Part shown: in pieces, positions 1-12,061 of the stretch
Position numbering within the stretch: the first letter of the stretch is position 1
How the letters are laid out: every line of letters starts with the position of its first letter
DNA from: Hyphochytrium catenoides
Taxonomy: Eukaryota; Protista; Hyphochytriomycota
Direction: 5' to 3'
Length of the DNA: 64,000 bases
Assembly: GCA_900088475.1 (NCBI GenBank)
Contig: FLMG01003894.1
Coordinates: forward strand, 1-64,000
Notes under the pieces: model-generated
Told to the model about the DNA's origin: nothing
The model's input: only the letters and a program-made list of their open reading frames with translations
Databases searched by the model: none
Position numbers and translations under genes: made by a program

Positions 1-99
1 ATGGCTCTTCCATCACCTGCCAACGTTGGACTTGAGCCAGTAGGGCTTTGCGAATCTCCAAGAACAGCCATTACCAAATTTAATTCCTTGCTAGGTTCT

Positions 100-780
100 C
101 AAATTACTCTTACGGAGCGACAGCAGCAGCAGAGAGGGTGATTAGAACAATTCGTTGCTTTCTGAAAAAGTATGTCAACGAGGTCCATACTGACTGGGAT
201 GAGAACATCAATCTTTGATGGGTGCTTACCGCATGTCTCAGCATAGCACAACGCAGTTCTCTCCTTTCAGGCTCTTCTTCGGTAGAGAACCAAGACTTCC
301 TTCGGACCTTATCCTGGAGACGGAGTTTCGAGAAGCTAAGTTCGAAAGTATGTCTGACTACGTGCAGGAAAGTCTCAGGCAGTACCGCAAGGCCCTCTTG
401 GAGGCTAATCTGAACACTGAACGAGCTCAGGAGCTTCAGGAGCTGTATCACCATAATGAGGTGCTTAAGCACAGAGTTACTCCTACCTTCCAACTTGGGC
501 AAAAGGTATTTAGATATATACCTGTGACGACTGCGGGTCAGACCAAGAAGTTGGAGACGTTCTGGATTGAGCCTTATGAAGTCATCAGACAGATGAGTCC
601 CGTCATTTATGAGAATCAAACCAACGAGGGAGTTGATCCAGATATGGCAAGAGAAAGGCCTAAGAAAGCAGTGGGGCAGGAAAGCTGTCCACGTCAAGCA
701 TCTGAAAGCGTATCCTACTCCGTCATCTCCTCCAACCTGTATTCCTTCTACTGGGACAAATACTGAAGCTTCCTCTGCTC
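100..780 (+). mobile_element. Degenerate Ty3/gypsy LTR-retrotransposon integrase C-terminus (frameshifted)
   Basis: Fragments LKKYVNE..DWDE, GAYRMSQHSTTQFSPFRLFFGREPRLP, GPY/F-like FWIEPYEVI and VHVKHLKAY lie in different frames; typical gypsy integrase end. Confidence 0.9.
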
Positions 781-850
781 ACTTCCCTAGGTGCTGTTAA
801 AATTGTTTGAGACTGGTGAGAAAGAGCTCATCGAGTCTTTCTCAGTTCAG

Positions 851-1062
851 CGGGGGAGTGTTGGGAGGTTGAATGTTTCGTGCCGTTAACAACCTTCCAT
901 GTAAATAGTTCTCATTTATTGCGGGGCATTGTTCTTCGTAGCGGCTTGGGATTCCGATTCCCTGCTTCTGTCCTTGGTAGAAGGGGATTCGCAATTATCT
1001 CTGTAATAAGAGAGATCTGCATCTTTGGAAATGCCAATAAAGAGCTCTGTTGAGCCCAAGCA
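851..1062 (+). repeat. Probable polypurine tract and 3' LTR of the gypsy element
   Basis: CGGGGGAG (851-858) is followed directly by TGTTGGG (859). AATAAA at 1036; imperfect inverse terminus CCCAAGCA at 1055-1062. The second LTR is not in the window, so the end is uncertain. Confidence 0.5.
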
Positions 1063-1609
1063 TAGCTTCGGTTCTGATTTCTGTATCAAACGGACACGGA
1101 AACCTGCCCGCAATTGCTGAAATAGGTCACAGAGCCGCTAACGTCTCCAGGGCTGAATGAAACGGACAGGAGAAGAAGAAAAGCTCCAAAATAGATAGAA
1201 TCTGCGGCCAAGTTGAAGCTCATCCCTGCTTCATTGCTCTGTATAACCACGGACGTGTGCTGCTCCTCCATCCGGTGCTTGTCAATTTTGCTCTTGTCAA
1301 GCCACTATGCTCTGATCTCTTGGTTGACACTCTGAATGAGGCGAGGTAATTGGCCCAAGCCCAGGCGATGATGTGATTGAGTGCAGCCTCATTGCGTCTA
1401 CAATCCATCATCTTGCCAACGGTGCTCTGGCTTCTGTCTTATCTGCTGGGGCTACTTGCAATATCTACGGCTCTTTCGTCGCTTTCTGCCTCCTAGGAGT
1501 CTGCTCATCTCTATAGTGTCGCTTCTAGCCAGTCTTACGTATATTGCAGAGGCTGCTGCCCCTTCTGTCAGAGAGGCAACTGCGGCCACTTTACTTTTAG
1601 AGAAGCAAG

Positions 1610-3258
1610 ATGCCTCCCAAGAAGAAGTCTGGAGGCAAGGGCTCAGGAAAGAAGAAAGCGTCGGTGACCCCAAACGCGGCCCTACCGGGCGCTTTGGCAG
1701 CTCTCGCCAGCAGGCTAAAAGCTCCAGTGCACCCGAGTCCTCATAGAGTCCTATCTGCCAGCGACAGCCTTCTCTTCACAGCTGTGGACAACGCGAACCT
1801 TGATGATGTCCGGCTGCTGCTCAAGAGCGGGGCCAGGCCGGATGCGAAGAATGATAACGATGCCACTCCTCTACATGTCAGTCAGGAATGTTCTCTTCTC
1901 TTAGACGAATCTATTGAGGCACTACCACCACGTTCCGCTCCTGGCTCTGAAACTCCGCTGTCATTCTCATCGTCATGCTTGTATCTACTTGGCTCGCGGA
2001 CTCGTCGCTTCATAACCTTGAGATCATGATATTATCCTGTCCTATACTAATTTTTCTAATCCTTGGACCTGCATGCCTTTGCGTGGCTCTCAATAGACTT
2101 CACCTCTCTTCGTCCAGACTGTCAGAGATGGTACTAAGGTGCTCTAATGCGCAGGTAGCAGCAGGGCGCGGGTATGGAGACATTCTAGAAGTGCTACTGA
2201 CTTCCTCGCCTCCTCCGGACGTCAACGTAAGGGAACGAACCGCTTCCGGAGGCTTCACGGCTTTACATTGTAGGTCTCCGACGATGAAATTTCCTTCTTC
2301 TTTGGCGTCTCCTGTCAGTGGTGATCTGCCTCCTTGAGAATGGGTCACTGTGCCATCCTATCCTCCATGGATGGAGTCTCTTAGAGCTATCACTAACTTC
2401 CTATGACCCTGCGTCCCCTGTCCTTATGCTTTCAGACGCAGTGAAAAACAAGGACATAAGGGTAAGTTTCTCCTTCAGCATTAAATGGTTATCAGCTCTC
2501 CTCACGCTCTAGCTTTCTCCACCCGTCAGTGCACTGAAATACTACTAGCTCACGGCGCAGACCCTAATGTCCAGGAAGGGAAGGTAGGCAGACACCTTGT
2601 CTTCACAGTCTTTCTCTGGCTCAATTCTCTTGGTCCTAGATGGGCTTCACGGCACTGCACCTTGCCTGCAGAAATGGCGATGGGCCCATGGTCACCCTTC
2701 TTTTGGGCCGCGGTATGAGCATCTTCCTTCCTTACTCTACCTCCACTCCTATTTGGCTTGTCGTCTTCACCTGTTCGCATTATGAAGTATGGCATTATCG
2801 TTTGCCCTCTTTACTTCCTCGTTCCCTCTAGAGTGCGCATCATAGCGTTTGACCAGCCTTTTCCTAGGCGCTGACGCCCATCGGAGAGACTTCAAGGGTA
2901 ACAACCCTAGCGCCTGGGCCTACAACATGGAGGGCCCAACCTCATCAGTACTGCGAGTGCCAGGTCTGCCGCCTCCGGCTTCCATGACACTTGAGGATCT
3001 CACTGTCCTCCACAACGAAGCTAAGACGAAAGGTAACAAAAGCATTGGACGTCCCTAGTCTTCGCCTCTTATCTTTCCCGTCTTATGAGCCGTCATCAAA
3101 CTCGGTTCGCCCCAGGCGTCCTTACTTAGAACTGACACGGCCCTGCACTTGGAAATACAGGATACTACGTAATGAGAAACCCTGGCGGCCCGGCTATAAA
3201 AGGCCTCGAATCAAAGAAAGGCAAAGCAGGGGGAGCCACAAAAAAAAAGAAGAAGTGA
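1610..3258 (+). CDS. Ankyrin-repeat protein with Lys-rich termini (7 exons)
   Basis: Spliced motifs DNDATPLHVAAGRG, GGFTALHYAV, LLAHGADPN and MGFTALHLACRNG joined by GT-AG introns; ends KKKKK-TGA at 3258. Confidence 0.85.
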
Positions 3259-3469
3259 GGGAAGACCTCCGACATGTGTCCAGTTGGGCAGCGTATTTAG
3301 AGTATCTAGCTGGGTTATGGTCCTAAATACTCAGCTGAGGATGGAGAGAGGAGAGCGAAGGGAGGAAGAATATAAGGGACGCAAGATGGAGGAACAGACA
3401 AGGAAATACAGTGCTGCTGCATGGCTGCGGCACTATTCTTCGGTGTTTGGGGAAGTCTACACTTTCAGC

Positions 3470-4106
3470 CTAGTCTTCTAGCTGGCCCTGAGCAGCCAGA
3501 ACCCTCTTGTGCAAGACAGCTCCCCGATGGTTGAAGCCCATCAGCTCTGGGCGGTGATGAACCGTATCCCAGTTCCTGCATTTGTTAGGAAGATTAAGTT
3601 ATGAAAGAGTTATAGCAGGCTAGAGCATTCTGGAAGAGGGTGACTAGCTATAAGTAGGATGTGGGACAGCAAGAGTTCTCTAGCTAACTCTAACAATCAC
3701 ATCAGTCAGCCTTCGTACCTGCTCTTAGAGTTTAATGGCTTCTTTGTTGGAAGAAAAGTGCCCGCTGTGGAGAGCACGCCAGTCAGGGCCAGAAGAAAGA
3801 CGATGCCTAGCTCAATGATGACCTATTCATTCCATAGCGAAGTGATGAACATCCGGAAGAAGCACTGCTCAGACTGCAAAAGACTTACATCTAATGAAGG
3901 TATCGACACATCCTTATCCCCTGAGAGCTTGACTAACTCAATATCTAGTCGTCCAGTGGTTAGCCGGAGTCAGTGGAATCTATCGCAAGGCAGGGGGCAG
4001 AATTGTAGCCATTAAACTTACATTGTACGGTTGAATAGGCCGCATGTAAAAGCAGGAAGAAGGAGACGGAAATGAGAAGGCGGCCGCCAAAGCCTGCGAA
4101 CGACAT
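3470..4106 (-). CDS. EMC5: ER membrane complex subunit 5 / MMgT membrane magnesium transporter family (4 exons)
   Basis: Spliced MSFAGFGGRLLISVSFFLLLHAAYSTVQY-IELVKL..PSLD-VIIELGIVFLLALTG..-NWDTVHHRPELMGFNHRG; LHAAYS and RP..F.HRG are family motifs. Confidence 0.9.
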
Positions 4107-4756
4107 TTTGCGCTGTGCTTCAAAAGTTGAGAGTCTTAGCACAGGTACTGCTATGAAGTCCTCTAGCTTCCTTATGTGCTTCAGCCGCCTTCCAGAGCTT
4201 CATGTCCACGCTTTGCCGCTGCAGATTCTATTGCGGATTCTGTGCCGCAGACTGCGGACATCTTCAGATCTCGCTCCCACACAGAGCCGCTAACCAGCAA
4301 AAACATAAGCTTAAAAAATTACGGTTTAAAAACAAAACGAAACGGAGTTAGTACGTTTTCCGCGACGATGTAGAGAGCATAACCCCCGCTCCTACCGTCA
4401 ATTTTACGGTTTGGGGGCGGTAAGAAGAGACTGAGGTTTTGATGGACCGTGCAGGACGTGAATCGCAGAGCTTCGATGACGCTTCAAGAAGTGCCGATGG
4501 CCAATGAAAGCTAGGACTTTCAGAGAAGAGGAGCGTGCTACTATAGAATGTTCGGCTGGGAAGAGCTGCGGAGAGAGTACTCAGCTGCAGGATTAGCAGA
4601 TCTTCTGGTGTGTGACGCTTTTACAGGGGTGCTGCGGTAGGGTCTCTGATCTACAGTCAGTAGGCGAGAGACTTCGCCAGCGCTTTCATACCTCTGTAAG
4701 CTTATTGAGGTCATCAAGTGAGGCAGCTAGATCAAGCTTCCTTCGCGTTCTTGATC

Positions 4757-5260
4757 ATGACTTCAAGGCTCCGTCCTCGAGGCTGGCCCTCAGGACGCTC
4801 GTACCTCTACAAGTGGCTATTTCGGCCAGCACTACCCTCAATGCGCGGTTTCTCGACTCTTGACCTCCAAACACCAGTACAACGGCCGCGTTTCGGAGAA
4901 GCAGGTAAGGCAATCTCTAGTACTTCGCTCTGGCATTCACTAACATACGTCTTAAGTGTCATCGCTGAGGAGTAGTGGGCCCAGAGTTATGTCGAAGACT
5001 GAGGTCACCCGGAGGATGATAGAGATGCATATACAAATGAGTATGTCTAACTACTCGCTAAATGGTTTCTTCCGTACGAGTCAGAGAGAAAGGGGCTGCC
5101 ATGGCAACGAACAGGGTTGAAAGAGCAGTATTTGAGGGACAGGATGCGTAGTGAGTCTTGGTCACCGTCAACCTTCCTCATCGTGAATAGTTCGAGCTCA
5201 GTAGAAGCAAAGGGAGATTTGTCAGTAAAGAAAAGAGAAAGGATTGATATCGAAAGGGAA

Positions 5261-5291
<31 letters not shown>

Positions 5292-8200
5292 TGAGAGACC
5301 TTTGGTAACTGCGTTTATTAGTGGCCAGCCAAGGTTACAGCGGAAGGGATGGCATGGTGGCAGCGCCTAATAAATCGCCTGCAGCACCTCATCTGAATGC
5401 GGACCTTATCTCTGGCCATCTTCAGGCCTTGGAGCCCACCCAGAGGAAGCAGGAAGCAGCCGCAATTGGGAGTTTAATAGCTCGGGAGCTACTCCGAAGG
5501 ACGAGACGATTCGACTTTGGGAGAGCACATTTGATGACACAAAAGACCTTCCTTCTAAACGAGCCGGAAGTGACGGAAAGCTTCATGAAGGAAGCCTTGG
5601 ATGCGGCAGAGGAGGTAAGCGGCTTGCTCCTCTTCCTAAGTAACCCATTGCAAAAACTCCTCTTTTCCTTATTGCCGGCATTGTTCTCCACGTGATCTGA
5701 CAGATGACCATCTCCGGCTTTACGTCCCTGATTCCAGTCTGTGCATGTTTGACCGCGGCCCATAGTTAAGAGCCTGATTATTTCAGATGGCCTTGTCGTC
5801 CACCAACCATCTCTGTTTCTCTACCTTTGGCTGCAACGGATGTCTTGCTCCCACAACTCCGTCTTAATGTGTTATGGTTATCAGAACTAATGTCTTTTTA
5901 ATATGTCAGGCTGCAATTGAGAGACAATCTGTTCTAGAAGCAGGAGACACGCTCACCGCAGAGCAAGAGGAAGACATAGAGAGGCATGGGAGAATTGCGG
6001 ATCTCATTATTCATGGGCTGGCGGTCTGCAAGGGTGTAAAGACGAAAGAGTCTATCCTCAAGGCTTGGGATGTTATGAAGAGGATGAGGGCATTGCGGCT
6101 AGACGTAGCCCCAAAGACAGTCGCTCGCCTCGCCGCTAATATTTTAGATGCATATTCACCACGACAGGCCGCCTCACTTCTGACCTCAATGGAAGGCAAT
6201 TTCTCTTTTTGTGGAGACAACTATCCTAGCGGCCCGGCATGTAACGTGTTGGAGAACTCCTTCGATAGTGGAGAGGCTCCATCTGTATATCAGAAACTGT
6301 TTGTGGCTATTGCATGGGTCAGTGGGATCTCCAGGTAATGGACGGGTTCCGCCTTTGTAAGCCTTCTTGAGGTCCAGTGTGCCACGTCTTCCTGCACTCT
6401 GGTACTCTGATACTTCATTCCGTACCCTTGTTGCTGGGCAACGTTGAGTTGTCGCTCTTCGGAAAGCCCCTACATTACTTGTTCAATGCTTTTTAACTCT
6501 TCCTCTTAAGCCTGTGTATATATCTTCTCGGATGGTCCTACTGCCTGCTTTATACGCCGGCCGGTATACCTCATCTCCACCTCGTCGTAGGAATCGAGAG
6601 CCTTCAAGCTGACTCCACAATTCCTCAGATTCTCAATTCTTGAGTCCTTAATTGACGAGGTTCTGGAAAGGCAGAACCCTCAAGCGGCTGTGGAAGTGCT
6701 CTCCGAGCCCTCCTTCTACATCCGGCTCCAGGCCGAAATATCAGCGCCAAAAGAAGATTGTGATATCAAGACCAGAGAGAGCGCACACATGTCGCTACAC
6801 AGGCGCATGATGAGGGCTTATAGAGACAAACAAGGAGGTCTAACGCAGGAGGACTTCGAAGCGATGCTACGGTTGGCCAACATGAACAATTGTCTGATCT
6901 TCTTGGTGCGAGTCTATGAGGATATGAGGGTGGCAGGCTTCTCTCCGGGCCTGATCGGCTGCACGGAGGTCGTTGCAGGCCTGACTGATGTGTAAGATGC
7001 ACTCATCTGAGTTGAAACTCTATTCTCTTGAATGCGCTTCTCTTCTTGCTAGTTTGTATGATTCACTGTTGATTTGTGCTACGCTGAATAAGGTTTTTAG
7101 GATCTCCTCTCCGAACTTTTTTTGCCACTACTGCACATTGTGAAGGTTGACTTCATCCCCAATGGGGGCAGCCCTCCGTACGACCTTCTGAATGACCTCT
7201 TCTTCTCTGAATCGTCAGGAACGTGTTCCTTCCCGTGCCTGCCATTGAGTTGGCCCTCGCTCTTTCGTGCCCCTCTTCAATATACTTCTGCCTCTCTCTT
7301 GTCTTCTCGGCTCCGCCACTTACCTACTCCTACGCTGCTCGATCATTTAGGGACGATGAGAATGCTATGGATGCGGTGGATAGTGTTGTCGAAGATGTCG
7401 TGCAGCTCTGTGACTCCCTGGACCTGCCTCCTGAGCAGTACTGGGAGCGCGTCTCCCCTTTCTTTTCTTCTTATATGCTGCTGCTGCGGAAAAAGTATAC
7501 GGCAGGGCACTTGAGCACAAGGATCTTGGACATTGCGTCCAAACTGAAGCTCGTGGAACGCTCACCGACTCTGGTACATCACCCTCCTGGTCCCTTGGGC
7601 GATCTGCATAACCCTTCGGGTCCTCATGCCGTTCATTCTATCCTTTGCTATCGTTCTCCTGTTGTGCTAATCTGCTCTTTCACACCCCTGGCCAACCCTG
7701 TTCAGTCCGTCCCTTTTAAATTCTGCAGAAATCAATTGTTTAGGTTGGAGTCTCTTGCTTCGTCAGGCATCTTTTACATCTTCTACCGGTGCTCTCCTCC
7801 TCTGCTTCTCATTCTGACTCTTATGGATGCAGGATTGCATCATGTCACTTCTCCGGGCTCTAGCTCGAGGGGATAGGAGGGGAAGATATTACTTTTTGAG
7901 GATTATCGACGCCGTCCGTGAACAAGGTATACAGCTTCAGGGCCTATAATCTCAATGGCTTCAGAGATAATGAGTGCTGACCTATCCATCCGTAGGATTA
8001 TCCCTGCCTGACGATCAACTTAGCAAAGTGGATGCTATGTCACTTGCCTCTTGCGGAGAGGTTCATAACTTGGTCAAACATCTTCGCGACCCCGCCCTCG
8101 ACAGAAATGACCGCCAATTCTATCTCCAGAAGGCAGCAGTTGCAACGGTGAGGTCAACGGACCCACGGTTAGGTCTGCAGCTCGTAGACGAGGTTCTGCT

Positions 8201-8549
8201 GCAGGAACTATGGGAAATAGACGAGGAGGACATCATGTCAATTGTAGTCTCCATGGCCTCTAATTGCGTGGGGCGCGGAGGAGAAGGTTTATTGTCGGAA
8301 CTAATCGAGGCAGCAAAGGAATCAGAGTCAGTACAACGGCTCCCTCGCAGACGAAAAGCGCAACTCTACATGGAGTTGACACGAAGTGCTCTCCGACTAG
8401 CGTCAAGGAAGGTGGCTTACCAGATCCTAGACCAGATGACAGAGGAAGGACTGGATGTGAGCCGCGTGCAGGAGAAAGTTAGCAAGTACATTGGAGGCCG
8501 ACCCGAGGAGCGAGAGAAACTCTTTCAAGAAGAGCTGAAGAGCTTTTAG
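4757..8549 (+). CDS. Helical-repeat (PPR-like) protein, probably mitochondrial
   Basis: Arg-rich N-terminus (MTSRLRPRGW...MRGFST); PPR-like segments AWDVMKRMRALRLDV, VRVYEDMRVAGFSP and AYQILDQMTEEGLD. One splice junction near 6990-7120 is unresolved. Confidence 0.65.
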
Positions 8550-9022
8550 ACTCAATAACATATGCATCAACCCCTAATTTGTCGCATAGAGCCATATGGG
8601 GTATTATTTTTTAGAAATAACCTTTAGTTAACGCAATGAAAATTGCTCTTTTTGTATTAAAGGCTACTTATAGAGGAGGCTGCAGTCCCATGATTGTCGC
8701 TCCAGGGACATATGCTCTGATGGATGGAGCTCAGGGAGACAAAGCAGAAATAGGCGATAACTCCTGTCTCTGTCTCTGCTGAAGGTCAAGCGGCAAGTGG
8801 AGACCTACCGGGCCGCTGATGATTGACTTGACCCTTCGATCAGACGCCTCGCAGCTGAGTTATTCGTGCACCGCCAATATGTTTATGGCTGAAGTAGTCT
8901 GGTCTGAGGTCGAAGGATAGCAGAGTCTTTAGACAGAAGCTCCTAGGAAGCGGTTACATTGTTGAGGCTCTAGAGCCTCTGCTATAGCGTTCGCTAGTTG
9001 TGCTTCCTGATAATTCTTAGAC

Positions 9023-10355
9023 ATGCCACCCCACGGCGATGGTCAGGACGGTGGATGGACCACGGTGCTGCCACGAAGGAGAGGGAAGCATGGGCCAAGC
9101 AAGAAGGCTGAGATGGCCCGGAAGAAGCCACCCACGCATTGCAGGCTACCCTACGTGCAGCTCAAAAAGGGCCCCAGGCCTGCCGAGTAAGCTGACGGTG
9201 ATTTGATCATGAGTCAACTTTCTACAGGCAGCGACTGAGTGTAGCATGCCTTACACCCCACAGGCTTCAAACTGCAGAGAGTATCGTTGAGATAATCCAA
9301 CAAAAGCGCGAAGGATTGACTTCTTCGACTTTCTACCGGGATCTCTTGCAGACTTTCCTGGGTGGTGACCAGCCATTGACAGAGGAAAATGGCAGTACAT
9401 CAGCTTTCTATAAACACTATAGCCTATGCCCCGCCTCAAGAGCTGTCTGTTACGGCATTGGAAGTATTGGTAAGTCAGCTAACTCCCAGCTGCAGATGGC
9501 TTTAGCCATCCTCCTTCATGCGGACATGCAGATGGAGGGGCCTCTGGAAGTCTATGATCCCATATTCACAGAGGTAAGAACAACTTTCCATTGGGCAATT
9601 TGCTGTCGCCTCAGTACTCGTGCATTTTATCTAGGAGGAGAAGAAAGCTCTCGAGCTATTGGGCTGTAGCGTCATTGGTACCAATGAAGAAGGAAAGCGA
9701 GCAGTACATGAGATGACACTGTTCTTCATGCCACACTGCGGAATGAGAATGTACAGCAACATCCTATGGTCCAACTGGGGAGGAGAGCTGTCAAAGGTGG
9801 TCATCCTGGGCAACAGGTGAGCCCGGCTGGACTCAATTTTCAGGGGAGAATTCGGCCCATTTGTGACTGGATCGATAGCGTTATCATCCTAACGTCTTAC
9901 TCTTTGGCCATCGATGCAGTCCTTGTAGCATAAACCTATCGACCTTCAGCTGGGCATCTTCTCATCCCAAGAGTTTGCCGATATCTAGTACAGGCTGACG
10001 ATCTCCCTCCTGTCTCTATGTGTTAGCTTCGATGCCTATGATGCAAGGATCATTTCGTCATCAGCTCGAGAAGACCCGACAAACTGCGTGATGCGCTCCA
10101 TGGAGTTCAAGAAAGAGCTCTCTTGCGAAAAGTTCTTATGTGCCGACTACTTCTCTGCGTTTAATGACCTCAGGTAAGGTGATTTCGTATATGCAGAAGA
10201 ACTAGCATGTCAGTCTTGCTAAGGTAGCTGTCAGCATCATATACTTTCCAGAGGAGGAGATCCAGAGCCTGAGTGCCCAAAGGTTCTTTGACGAGAAACC
10301 ACCGCAATTCACAGGTCAAGACACAGAAGTGCTTGTGCCGTCCGAAGGGAGCTGA
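9023..10355 (+). CDS. SRR1: SRR1 (sensitivity to red light reduced 1)-like protein (5 exons)
   Basis: VCYGIGS..SQLQMAL, VYDPIFT, NEEGKR, TLFFMPHCGMRMYSNILWSNW, VILGNSF, AFNDLSIIYF; all introns GT-AG and in frame. Confidence 0.92.
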
Positions 10356-10723
10356 GAAGCAGCTTCTGGTTCGTGGTGTCGCGAGCCTAGAAATGACAAC
10401 GCTTTATTTTACAAGGGAAGAAGAATCCAAGTTCTGCAGCAGCCAGCAACTAGGTTCTCGAACTACGTACAAAACTCTCTCCTAAGTCACCGGAACTGCA
10501 CCAGGCAATACAGCAGGGCCAGGATGGATGCTTCAGAGCGCGAGGATCTCCTGGCCGCTCGGCAGGGCGCCTGGGCAATTTACGAAGTTGGGATCGGTCT
10601 CCAGCGCCGCTGTGACACCAGTTCAGTGCAGCGCTTCGCGGAAGCCATCAACAACATCCGCTCTAGCCCTTCGGTCTTTAGCTCGGCAAAATGCAGACGC
10701 TTGCTTGAGGATGGGCGCTTTGG

Positions 10724-11227
10724 CTAGGTGTTGACTGAAAATTTGTGTCCGCACTTCTTGCATTCATAGAAAACAGTCTGTCCCTCGTCTGCCGACCGCA
10801 ACTGCATAGTATAGAACTCCATCTCAGGGTTGTTGCAGGTGGGACAGGCTTCCTCCACCTGCAAATGGCAGAAAAGAGCTTAAGATCGGGGCCACCCAGA
10901 ATTCTTAAAGATCTAAGTCTAACTACCGTCGCTCTGGCGGGCCCAGTCGCCTTTTCTGTGACGCCTAGAGATCGCAGCCATTGAGGTGGCTGCTCTTCCT
11001 TGCTGAATGTGACACTAGTCAAGTTATTAAGGTCTACGGGAAGGCGTAAGTTAGCAACATGTCAATAGATGAAGCTTTGTCTGCCTAGAAAGCGTACCGC
11101 GGTAGCCGCACTTGTACCCACAAGTGCCACACACGATGTTGCCGCTCTCCGGCAAGTACAGGATTGATCCGCAGTAAGGACAGAACGGAGGTCCATCCTC
11201 TCGGCGGCCCCTTGTGACAGTATTCAT
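10724..11227 (-). CDS. RPA12: RNA polymerase I subunit A12 (3 exons; absent from the ORF track as a single ORF)
   Basis: N-terminal Zn ribbon FCPYCGSILYLP..VCGTCG and TFIIS-like C-ribbon EACPTCNNPEMEFYTMQLRSADEGQTVFYECKKCGHKF. Confidence 0.95.
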
Positions 11228-12061
11228 CGCACTCCAGTTAGAGTAGGACCAATCGGCAACAATAGAGCCAACAAACTAGCGCCTGCAATGGAAGTCGCTC
11301 TGCCAATGCCAGTGGCTCAAGCTCTTGCCCAGGGATGTTGACCCTTCCGTCTCCTTCTGGCTCGGTGAAGCTCCACGGGCCTGGCCGATGATGGTGCCGC
11401 ATCAGAACACACGGCTTCTAATGATGGACAAATGATTGTTCAGCGAACGGCATCCAGTCCTCCACCTCCCTCTTCCTCTTCTTTAGGCGCTTCTGATTGA
11501 CAGAGAGGGGAGCTGTGTTCAAGTCCCAGGGGAGCTCTGTGATGGTAGTATTAGCCTAAGGGGGAGGTCTGGGTGAAACCCGAGGGGAGTTCTGGAACGA
11601 CCCTTACCTTGTCTGTGCTGCGCCAGGAGGAGCTCTGGGTAGGATTCCAGTTGCTACATTGCCTCGTCTTGAGAGAGATCCAGTTCTCGATAAAAAGGCA
11701 TCGTTATTGAAGACTGCTGATCTGCTGATGCAGCGTCATGAGGAGAAGTGCAGGTGCAGAGGCTAGAGCCGCTGCTAGCGCCGACTAGAAGATTTGAGAG
11801 GACCAACCCTGATGGACCCGAAGGCGAAGGGGACCTCTCTCCGAGTCTAGCGGTGACGGGCGGGCTGCGTGGTGAGCCTACGTTGTAATTTCTGTCGGTG
11901 GACTTGTATAGGGATCCACGTCTAATGATCCCCAGTAGTAGGCAGTAAGCTCAGTCAAAGCCAGCTCCGTTTGCTCCCTAGCTACGACGTTGTCCTCCAT
12001 CAAACAAAGGAACACCAAACGAGAGAACTGCACTGTCGTGCGGACTGTAGTTGTCGCCAAG

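Noticed and set aside
110-697. 195-aa minus-strand ORF and other long antisense ORFs over CLU1, the CKK gene and the LRR gene
   Set aside because: Antisense shadows of real coding sequence, with no recognisable motifs.
7223-7350. Donor GTGTTCCTT resembling a U12 5' site
   Set aside because: It does not match RTATCCT and lacks a CCTTRAC branch near the 3' site; treated as a U2 intron.
11240-12050. Possible ncRNA (C/D-box-like, RNase P/MRP-like or hammerhead-like words) between RPA12 and VAC14
   Set aside because: Only partial motifs; the required partner elements and pairings were not found.
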